Assembly: GCF_009914755.1 (NCBI RefSeq)
Contig: NC_060932.1
Reading direction: 5' to 3' (one strand)
From: the human T2T-CHM13v2.0 reference genome, Homo sapiens
Length of the DNA: 64,000 bases
The notes under the pieces were generated by a model that was given only the letters and a program-made list of their open reading frames with translations, searched no databases and had not been told where the DNA came from. Position numbers and translations under genes: made by a program. Of the stretch, positions 50,771 to 64,000 are shown piece by piece. How positions within the stretch are numbered: the first letter of the stretch is position 1; each line of letters opens with the position of its first letter.

Positions 50771-50961
50771 TGATATCCAACTTTTTAAACATAAAATCTT
50801 CGTTGTGAAATATAAATTTTTTTTTTTTTAGTTTTTCTGTATTTCACATGTATTTCTAACTATCCTTTTGAGAAAAAACTTGCTGTATTCTTGCTAATAA
50901 ATGTTTAAAATTATTTGTTCTCCATAGATTGCTTTAAGGCAACCCTTGTATTTAAATTTCA

Positions 50962-51100
50962 GGCCTGGCACACTGGCTTACACCTGTAATCCTAGCACTT
51001 TGGGAGGCCAAGGCAGGTAGATTACTTGAGGTCAGGAGTTCAAGATTATGTTGGCCAACGTAGTGAAACCCTGTCTCTACTAAAATTAATAATAATAATA

Positions 51101-51148
<48 letters not shown>
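50962..51148 (+). mobile_element. Alu left monomer followed by (TAA)n and (TA)n
   Basis: ggcctggcacactggcttacacctgtaatcc...ctctactaaaa, then simple repeats; no right arm. Confidence 0.85.
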
Positions 51149-51152
<4 letters not shown>

Positions 51153-53036
51153 AAAAGCTATCTTCTCTTCACTTTTTCCCACAATGTTGCATTAACAGTA
51201 TCATATGTCACCCATCTGATTTGTTGTGTCCAGGTATGGACCCGACCACAAGAGTGGTCCCGAATGGAACTTATACAGCTCATTACCAGGGTCGGTTCAA
51301 ATAGGGTGGTGTTTGAGACAATTTTTATTCAACTACTGGATCATATAAAAGAGAAAAAGACACAGTATAAATTGAATATAAGCTAATGTTTTAGTCTATA
51401 GAGACATGCCCACTGTTTGGTGGGAAACAACTGAATGAGTAGATATAGCCCATGGAGAATAAAGTATAGGAGTTTATCAAGTACTGTACCATGAGCAGAT
51501 AAACAAATTGTGACTAGGCAATGTCTGCATCCCTTGGAACGAAATATACTTTCCATAATTTATGTAATCTGTAATCAGGCATTCTATTCAGTTTTGTCAT
51601 GTCTATTTTAACTCTGGCTAAAAACAGGATATAGAACACCATCAGGCAGCTCCATTCTTCTGAGTTCTATCATCATAAAGCATGCAAATTATTATTGTGC
51701 CTATTGAAACAATGAAGACAGCTGCACATCTGATGCCAAAACACTGAAGATATTTATTGATGTACTTCACTTTAAAGTAAAAACACTTTATTAGGGAAAG
51801 CATTAAAGATTTCTTCATGGAGAATTAGCTAAATTGATACACAGACACATTGTTTCAGCGTTCTTGTGGGTTCACATTAATTTATTCCTGTAGTAAACTT
51901 GCTTTCTTTCCATAGTATGAATAGCCCAATGGATATTTTTGTAATGATGAAAAATAGTTTATCCAATTAATAACCCATGTTCTCTTTTCATCAGGTTAGT
52001 AGCAGGGAGTGACATCACGAGAGAAAACAGTAGCCAGGGATAATGGAATGTTTCTAATGACCCTTTGAATACCATCTTCATAGGCTGGGGCAGAAGGGCC
52101 ATATTCTTGCCTTTCCACCCCTTTTCTCAGTGTCTTCTCATGGAGTTGTAAAAATAATAAAAAATAATTTAAAGATTAAGAAAATTACGTTCGAATATTG
52201 GTGTTTTTTTTTTTTTCTAGATATCAAAAGGGTGGTCAGTGGCCCAGCTAGGAATCTACGACTCATCTGACAACAGTCTCTGTCTCCATGTTTGTGTTCC
52301 TCACTCGTTCCATGTATACACCCCCATAGGTACACCTGCTCAGTTTGCAATTTACAAGCCATGCATTTCTATGAATCTTTACTTGGGTTCATTCTAGCTC
52401 CCCAGTAGTAATAGTTGTCTCCTCCTTAAAACCCATCATCACTGCCTGCTTTTAAACAATGACTCCTACTTGACAGGTGCACACCACGGTTACAGTGTAC
52501 CTAAGAGTAAGGCACGATCTTACCCGTGAGTACTTCACAAGCGAAAGGTGAAGCAAAATCTACACAAACAGGTATCAGAATTATACATATTGAATTTCCA
52601 AAATGTACTGGTGAGTAATCATGCCATTACATACATTATCCATGTGTTACATATGATCAATAAGGTTTTATTAAGCTCTCTGGGTTCCAAATTTCTTACT
52701 TGCAAAAGAAGATACTGATCAAGACTGTCTTGTCCAACACATAGGTTTCTCCAGAAGATAAAACTGTATTGCATATTTATCTATGATGTCATAGTTTTTA
52801 TATTCCTTTCTGGAGTTTAGAAGCTAAATTTTATCAGTTTTATTAGCACGACAAGACAAAAGTAACAGAATCACTGAAAATGGGTATTTCTTCAGTGAAG
52901 ACTATTCTTTCATTTCTGCCATAGGAGAGAAAAATAATGTTTCATTTTAATATAAGGTGAATAAGACTGGGCTAAATTACCACACCCCTCTCTAAGTATT
53001 TGATCAGATAGCTAGATAAAAATTCAGTAAAGGTAT

Positions 53037-53440
53037 TGCTATGGATTTCATGTTTGTTTACTTCCAAAACTCTTATTTAGACTTAGACCCAAGGTGATAG
53101 TATTAAGAGGCAGGGCCTTTGTGAGGTGATTAGGCTCTGGGGACTCTACCCTCCTGAATCAAATTAATGCCCTTATACAAGAGGCTTCACACAGTATTCA
53201 TCCCCTTTTCGCCTTTGCCTCCCTTGTGCCATGGAGGGACACAAAGTTCATCCCCTTGGGTAATTCAGTAAGAATGCAACACTTTGGAAACAGAGAGATT
53301 GGACTGCTTCCAGACACCAAATCTGCTGAACTCTTGATCTTAGACTTCCCAGCCTCCAGCATTGTGATAAATAAACTTCTGTTATTTATAAATTATCCAG
53401 TCTGTGGCGTTTTGTTATGCAGCAGGAACAGTCTCAGACA
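53037..53440 (+). mobile_element. MaLR solo LTR (MSTC/MSTD-like)
   Basis: tgctatgg...gacttcccagcctccag...aataaa...cagaca; degenerate TSD ggtat/agcat. Confidence 0.8.
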
Positions 53441-53445
53441 AGCAT

Positions 53446-53740
53446 TGTGGTAGCTCATTTTGAAATACGCCCAGCGATTCTCGTCTCCTAGCATGTAAGC
53501 TCTATGGTCCCCTCCCACGTTGAATAGGTTTGATAGGGTTAAACAACAGGGTATTGTGTGAATTACAAACTGTGATTTCTGAATATAGATGATTATAAAA
53601 GGCTTTGCAGCTTCCTCCTCTTTGCCTTGGATCACACCTTCTGGGGACTCCAGCCACCGTGTCATGGGAACACTAAATTAGCCCTACAGGGAGGCTCACA
53701 TGACAAGGAACTGGGGTCCCCCTACCAACCACCGGAAAGG
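53446..53740 (+). mobile_element. MLT1F-like LTR, 5' part
   Basis: tgtggtag...ggtcccctcccacgttgaatagg...gcagcttcctcct...ggaggctcacatgacaaggaactg. Confidence 0.65.
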
Positions 53741-53809
53741 AACCGAAGCTGTGCTCATGTTGACCTAGTTGACCCAGAACACTATACCCAACCACTGCAG
53801 AATACATAA

Positions 53810-56285
<2,476 letters not shown>

Positions 56286-57777
56286 TAATATTTGTCTTCG
56301 GAAAGGTAAAACCACAATATGTCTGCTCTTATGACTAAATTATTTTTATAAAAGCAGAATAATTAAAAGAGAAAGAATTTTAAAATGTATTTTTTCCTGA
56401 TTTTTCAGTTAGTTTTACTCTGTAGAGTAGTAATCCCTTACTACAAAATAAATAAAAGTGAAAAGACAAAAATTGGAAAAATCTTTCAACTTTTATGAAA
56501 GAAGTGACAAAAAATATTGGTTTGTTAAAAAAGAAAAAAAAAACAAACTACAACCATAAATGCAATCTAGAATTAGAAACAATATGCGATTTAAATTTTT
56601 TAAATTCCTAATTTTAACCTCGTTTTCATTTCCACCCTTTACATGATTTTGTTGTAATTGCTAAATCATTTAAAACATCTTTCATTAAGCCTCTAACATT
56701 TTAATCCTGTTTTTATTTTTCCTTACTTCCTCAAGGAAAAGGACAATTTGTAGGATGTTAGGAACTCGATTCCTTAATCAACCTTGTTGGGAGAGAGAAA
56801 ATGAAAGCGAGCCTTCCAGAGTTTGCCAAGCCCTCTTTAGTGATGGCACAACATTAGCAAGACCAGTAGGGAAAGCACTAGCAATAGAGGCATCAATTAG
56901 CAATAACAGAAAAAGCAGCCCCTCTGCTCTCTTGCCCACCCCCACCCCCTTACCCAAAGCATGTGGCTTTTATGTAGCATTTCCATTCAAGTCCTGCTGA
57001 GCAAAAATTCCAGTGCCTCAAGACAGCTCTGTTCCATCTTGAAGAAGAATGACAAAAGCATGGTCTAATGCAAATACATACATTCAGTTTAAAAAAGAAA
57101 AAACAAAAACAAAAACAAAACTACAAAAATTGGTAATTTGGGAAAGCACCTGCAGAAAGAAGGAGATGGCCATATTACCACAGCAGGCGCGTGACAGGGA
57201 ATTTAGATTTTTCTTATGCAAACTATCCACAAATTCTAAAGTTCATAAGCAATATGTTGCCAAAGGAAGTGAATGTGTTTATAAATCAGGGAATATTGGT
57301 CCAACCAGTTGGACAACCCTGAGGCTGAGATGTCACCGGCCTTGAAGGCGTCACCATTACAGACTCTGCTGAGGATGGCAGCACAGTGCCTGCAACTTCA
57401 GCCCAGCTAGACATGAATCATCTGATTGATTTAGGGACCCTGACAGAGCTTCTTCCCCAAAAATCTGTGCATAGAATAAGAACATCCTTATCTAGTTAGG
57501 AAGTTTAATGAAGCTTCTTGGAGTAAGACAAAATGAATGGCATCTCACAACTCAAAGAAAAGGAAAAAGAAGCTATATTGGAGAAGCTCCAAAAAACTGA
57601 TATTTTACATTGTGGTGATTTTGATTATTTAGAAAATGAGTTTTAATTGCTCAGATCATGTTTGCTGACAGTTTAAAACCCCTTGGATACTCCAATTCTT
57701 TCCTAATATAAATTTTATCCTATCCGTTCTTTGTAACCCTAATAAGCTGGACAAGCCTAGGAAGAAGAATATGAAAG

Positions 57778-58195
57778 AAACTATCGACGCTTGCAACAAC
57801 TTGTGGGAACCTCAAGGGAACTGTGCTAAGTGAAAAAAACCAGCCCTAGGTTTTTGCATACTGTGTGATTCCAGGATAATGCTCTAATATGATCCCAAAT
57901 TGTTAATAAAACATTCTGGAAATGACCTAATAGTAAAAATGGAGGGAAGATGTGTGGCTTCCAGAAGTTAAAGGAAGTAAATATGTTTATCATAAAGACA
58001 CCATGAAGCTTCCTGATAGCCAGATAAAAGTTCTGTGTCCCCAGAGTTTCCCTGTCAGTATCCGGGCTGTATTATTATTGTACTCTAGTTTTGTGAGATG
58101 TTACCATTGCGTAAGGATGGAAGGGGGCTCTGTATTATTTCTTACAAGTGCAAGTCAATCTACAATTACCTTGAAATAAAAACTGTAATTAAAAG
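57778..58195 (+). mobile_element. L1MC1-like 3' end
   Basis: gcaacaact...ctcaagggaactgtgctaagtgaaaaaa...gatgttaccattg...ctctgtattatttcttacaa...aataaaa. Confidence 0.75.
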
Positions 58196-59099
58196 AAGGA
58201 GCAAGGACTAACAAAGGTGTGGTCCTGTTTTCAACAAAAAATAGATGCAATCAAGTATCAACAAACGTATTTTTTCCATATTTAATCTCATTTTTCCTAC
58301 TAGTTATTCTATGAGGTAGATGTTATTGCTACATTTAAGTTGCAATTTTTTTCAAAAAGTGCATATAAGTAATTTACTCAATAATAAAACCTTACAGCTA
58401 CAAAGTATCACATCACTCTTCTGGTACATCTTCATGAACAAAGACAAATAAGGAAGACCTCCAAGAGGGAGGGACTTACTCGAGGCCACAAAAACAGTCA
58501 TCAGACAGAAGTTCCAAAGCCTTTTTCATTAAGCACTAATTCTTTAATAGTGAAACTTGAAATTTGAAAGCAAAACAAAATTCAGTACAGGCAGACAGAC
58601 TTGTAAATCACTTTGAAAATCATATTTTCTTAAAATACTACTATTACTACACTCTAATTCATTAATTCGTTCTGACTGTACATTCATGGAATTCTAACTC
58701 ATTACAAAAGTGACTGGTCAACTCCCAATTTGTCAAGCTCTTAAAATAGGGCCCACAGAGTTACATCCAATCTCCTCTACTGATGCAGCTTAACCTTGAA
58801 TAAAGTACAATGCAGACGCGAGACTTTTCTTAATGCACCAAGCGATTTCATTCTTTCTCATTCATTCATCAAGTATTTAAGCAACCTGAACTTCTTCAGG
58901 TACCCAGGTAGATAGATGACATTGACAAGTATTATTGAGTTTCTGGTCAATTAATTCTTACATCTTTTTCAACTGAGTGAATGAACTTGTGAAACAAATT
59001 TCTTAGTCTGAGATGAAAACTTTGCATGCATCCTTGTCAAATTTCATCACGTTTCTGGTAGCATAAGAGAGTAAACTGCAAGTAAATGTTGGCAACAAT

Positions 59100-59225
59100 C
59101 AGGCAAGGGTTGAAGCTTGTTAAACTCACTAACCAGCTGTGTGGTTTGGGTAAATTACCAGATTGCTCTGAGCTTCTGTTTCCTCATTTACAAAATGGGG
59201 ATAATGCTATGTACATCATGGAATT
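59100..59225 (+). mobile_element. MIR fragment
   Basis: ccagctgtgtggtttgggtaaattac...ctctgagcttctgtttcctcatttacaaaatggggataat. Confidence 0.75.
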
Positions 59226-59227
59226 AA

Positions 59228-59584
59228 GTTCCTCCCCAGTGACTGCCTTGGGCTAGCCCAAGAGAGATGCGTCATCCAAGCTTAGCCTTTCTTCCTGGAG
59301 CAACTGGCATTCAATCTCTGGGTGATGGGAGGTTGCGGAAATGGAACAAAGACCCACTCTTCTCACCTCCTTTCAGGGCATCTCAGCACAACTTAGCAGC
59401 CACCCTAGCTCTGAGCTCCCAAGGAACGGCTAAGTCCACCATGGCCATGGTTTCACAGTTCAACTTCTCTTGCTCACTCTCCTTCCTTCTCCTTCCTGCA
59501 GGTGATTTTCCAGGGACCATTCACACTCCCCAGGGAACCACTTGCAAGTCTGAATTTGCTTCTCAAAGAACATGACCTAACACA
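59228..59584 (+). mobile_element. LTR16-like (ERVL) LTR fragment
   Basis: cagttcaacttctcttgctc...tgcttctcaaagaacatgacctaacaca resembles an LTR16 3' end. Confidence 0.55.
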
Positions 59585-60629
59585 CATAGCTGTTCTTGCA
59601 TTTTGAGCAGATGCTCTTAATTCTCTCAATGTTAAATTAAGTAGAAACCACCCAACTTCTGTCCCTTTTCTTTCCAAACCACCTGTAATGAAACCTATTA
59701 TTTTTATCCTCTCTGGTGTCAAAAAGCAAGGCGAGGCTTTCCCTGGCTATAATTTCTGTCCTTATACACTTGATTTCATTATCTGTCTAACTTTCTGTCT
59801 CTCTCTCATTCCCAAATCTTTCTTCTTCGATACTCTCACATTCTTACTCTTTCTCATTTTGTGTTTGCTCATTCTTCCTCTCGTGTCTCTGCCTGGCATC
59901 CTGCCTCCCACACTCTCAACCGCACCCTTTCTTCTGTCTCTCCCGTTCTCTTAATCTTCTTTCTATATTTTCTCTTTTATATTGTCTCACATTTATTTTT
60001 ATTTTAGCATTATTTTCCCTTTGTCACCTAGCATAATAATGCCTACCTTACGTGACCTAGGTGAATTTCTACCCTGCTTAACTCTGCTCATCTTTAGAAA
60101 AAAGGATGCCTGAGGTCAAAATTTCCCCTTGTGACCAAACAGGCTAAGAACGGTGGTATCCAAGAGAAAAGCTCACTTGACCTCTGAAGAACGTCTAACT
60201 TTATTAGAATATCATTTCTGTGCTAAATGACACTCCCCCAGCACCATGACCTTTGACAATCACAGTAACAATGACTAGAGGAAACCACAAAAGGAGAAAG
60301 AGGAAGGATAGCTGCAGTGGGGCTGTGAGGAGGACACTGCCCATTCTCAGTAAAGACATGAATATTCTTCCCGTTGTTTTTAATGCCCAATCCCTTCATT
60401 AAAGATGACTGATCTCTGCCTTCCTGGCTCTCAGAAGCTGAGAAGTAGATTTGCGAGTCGTGTTCCCACTTCTCAATTGCATGGCCATTGAATACAGCCT
60501 GCAAAGCTAGAGTTCACTTTTGATTTACCATACTGGCTTTGCAGCACAGAAGACGGAAACGTCTTACTTTTGCGGGAAAGAGCTTTGTCGGTAACACCTT
60601 TTCTCAGGTTTCCTCTCCAAACTCACTGA

Positions 60630-61500
60630 ATTTCTCAGCCTCTGTCTCTCTCTATCCATTCCCCAACATCTCTCTTCACTGGTTATCCATCTTCTTCTTT
60701 GTTTTCAACCCATGTCACTGGTTAGGATGCAAAACTAAATCTCTCAAACCTTAAAAAGAAATATCATTTCCTGAGACTATACCTCCCACATGTATTCTCT
60801 CTCTCTCCCCTTCCCACCCAACCAGGTTGAGAGTAAAGCCCAAAGTCATTGTCTTCATGTTTTCACCTTCAGCTCATTCCTCAGTTCATTGCAATCAGCT
60901 CCCCGACCCCAAAGCTCTGCAGGGACTTCTCTAAGGTGAGATCCCACCACCATTTATTCCAACAGCCTCAGCTCCCACCCTCCCAGACCAAACACATTCA
61001 TCCCTCAGCATGTGGACTCATCCCTCCCTCTGGAATCACTAGTCTCCTGGTTTCCATGACACCGCTGTGTTCCACCCGCAATCTTCCCCCTCTACTCATT
61101 TTTATATTCAGCGAAAAAGCACTCCCCTGCCAAGGTCTTTCCTGAATTCCACGAAGGGTCACACACCCCTGTTCTGTGCTCCCTTGGTGCATACAGATCC
61201 CCTTGCTGAGGGTCTCAAAACTTATTCTTGTAGAGAATGAAGATATTCTGGTCTTGCCGCCAGAGCTTCTGACAAATAGTACCATGTAGGATTCAGGAAA
61301 CTTAACACAATCCTCTCAGGGATTCCAGTGCTTAACAAAACATTGCTTGGCAAGACATTCCCCACTCTTTATGGTGACAATCTGTTTGGCTGCCTGCCTT
61401 TTGTATTACCTATAAGCTCCATAAGGACATGGGTCATGTCCATCTGGTTCAGCACATTTTCTCCAGGAATTAGTGGGGTGCCTGCCAACTTGTAGATGTT
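60630..61500 (+). mobile_element. L2 fragments
   Basis: Pyrimidine-rich L2-like sequence; 3'-end motif tataagctccataaggacatgggtcatgtc...tagtggggtgcctgcc. Confidence 0.5.
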
Positions 61501-61739
61501 TGAAAGAAGAAAGAAGGAAAGAAGAGAGCTTGGTATGGGGGAAAGCACAGGCTTTCACTGAGAAGACATTTTCAGAGGTTCTCTGAGAAGAAAATTAGTA
61601 AATGGTACATGGTTAGCATTCTGTGTCATTATTTTTCACTCATTTTTGTGTCCTTCATAGTTTTCAAAAAAGGTAATGAACCATATAAAAAAGTGACACA
61701 TTCCATATATCCAAGTCTTATATAGCATTCTGATTTAAC

Positions 61740-61930
61740 ACAATTTGGATTCTGACTTGCATTACTTAGTTATTATACCTCTTCTCTCAAAGGTTAAATG
61801 GGGATAATAAAATTATGTGCACTATTCTAAGGAATAAGTGAAGAAATATGTGTTAATGGGCTTAGTAAAGTGCTTAACATATAGAATGTGCCCAACACAG
61901 AAAGCTAGCTCAAGATTATTTTAATTATTA
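61740..61930 (+). mobile_element. MIR SINE
   Basis: taaatggggataataa...gtaaagtgcttaacatatagaatgtgcccaac. Confidence 0.65.
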
Positions 61931-63095
61931 TTGACACAACATCATTCATTAGTTTGGGGGTATTTTTGTTATGGGCAATAATGCCACTCAGTCTACCGAG
62001 TGTGTTCGGTCTTGGAGGGTGAGAGCTGAGGCTTCTGGAATGAATGGTGGTGGGATCTCATCACAGAGAAGTACCTGCAGAGCTGTGGGGTCAGGGACCT
62101 GATTGGAATGAACCGAGGAAAGAATATTACATGTATTATTGTTGAATACGTTGCTGACTTTCAGATAGAATGCCGCTATAATGGAAACCTACTTTCTCTA
62201 CTAGCCTGTTTTGTAAAGGAATTATATTTGATATTGATTTATCATAGGACATGTAAATTTTCGAATGAGCAAAACTTAACTTACACTTAAATACACCTTT
62301 TGCTATGTTTAACTCTGGAAGCTCATCATTAATAGAATACAGTCTTAATTGGCTTGATACTGTTTTGAGTGTAACCTCCACTTTTGACTACAGTACATGA
62401 TTGTCTTAAAAAGTATTTTTGGCTTGTTTTTGAGAAGTTATCACGTAAGCCCTGTTGTCAAACAGCTTAGATTCTAATTAAGGAAAGTTAAAGCCACTAG
62501 GTAATATCGTTTATAAAGAAACATTAAACATGAGTCGTTATCTATCATGCCTTAAAAATAAATTACAAAGTGTCAGATTTTCCACTCTTACTCCTTTTTA
62601 ATTAACACCCTAGTCTTGATTGGACGTGTTTAATTTTTTTAAGAAAATACATGGGAAGGTTTTAAAATAAAAAACAAACAGCTAGAAATAACTCCTACTG
62701 CTTCATGGAAAGCTTTGTACACCTCTTCATGTCTTGGATTATCTTGCTTTTACAACAGAAACTAAAATATTTAGGTGTGCTCACCTGACCTTCAAGTGTG
62801 ATACACGAATTCTCAGAATTGTAAAAGAACGTCCCTGAACTTAAGTAATTTAAGTGAAAGAAAGCACATCAATTTCCTAATTTTATCTCTAGTAGGTTCT
62901 AGTGGAGTTTTAAATCAATTTTACTTAAACATTAAACCAACACATATAAAAATTGAAGTAGTGGGTTATAATTAATAATTCACTGGTGCGTGGTTAAAGA
63001 ACATATATTCTTTAAGTCGAATGAAAAAATAGAAATATTTGGCGAAGGGATGCCATAACTATTTTACTAATGGATGCTGTCTACATTATTAGTAA

Positions 63096-63452
<357 letters not shown>

Positions 63453-64000
63453 TAGAAAAAAATAATAATCTAATAAAATTTCCAATTTTATTAAAATTCT
63501 GATTCAATAAATATTTTGTTGTAGTTAGAATGATTCCATCATTGAATTTGAAATGTCCATGGAAGAAAATAAATATAAAACAAATGAATTTTAATGAAGT
63601 TATCAATTTTCTTTTACTCAAGTTATTATTTGCACTTTTGCTCCACGTCAGAAAAACAGCAAACAGAGGGATTTTTAAAAGTATTTACTTATATGCTGCA
63701 TTGCTGGAAGATAATTATGTTAAAGCTGGCACTCAGCAATGCAAACGTGGCCACCGCTCCTTTCTATCCCTCAGTATTATAATTGTAGGACATACACCTC
63801 ACATAGAGTAGCAAGAAAACAATTCCAATAAAGAGCCCCACAACGAGTTCTTCAAAATCAATGCTCACTCCCTAAAATCTGTGAAGACTTAGGAAAGCTG
63901 ATAAAGGCACAAGCCTCGCTTGGTGTGCTGGTGTGTATAAATGTATCCTGTATTTAACATATTCTACTTTAAGTTGTAGTCACAAGGTTGGTAAAATACT

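Overview
Primate DNA, almost certainly human-type, lying wholly inside the large neuronal gene CSMD1, which is on the minus strand. The only real coding sequence is one 195-bp phase-1/phase-1 exon (4247..4053) encoding the first Sushi/CCP domain (exon 4 from memory). The rest is intron filled with repeats: a complete THE1B-type MaLR provirus, solo LTRs (MER4-group, THE1D, MST, MLT1F, LTR16), Tigger3b, MER6A, MER20, ten Alu copies, old L1M/L2/MIR fragments, and two young L1PA elements that both show twin-priming inversions. I found no evidence of a new gene or biological system. The most interesting structure is a compound locus at 28.2-32.6 kb: an Alu and later an L1PA used the same endonuclease site (three copies of the target), and the L1 is both 5'-inverted and carries a ~110-bp 3' transduction with its own AATAAA. 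This L1 shares apparently non-consensus variants with a second inverted L1PA 26 kb away, and the two form both direct and inverted repeats. Also notable: a CpG-rich AluY with no TSD (candidate Alu-Alu deletion), a sense THE1B LTR with an intact splice donor just downstream of the exon, and a strictly 16-bp-periodic CACCC minisatellite. Repeat subfamily names come from remembered consensus sequences, and ends of old repeats are approximate.
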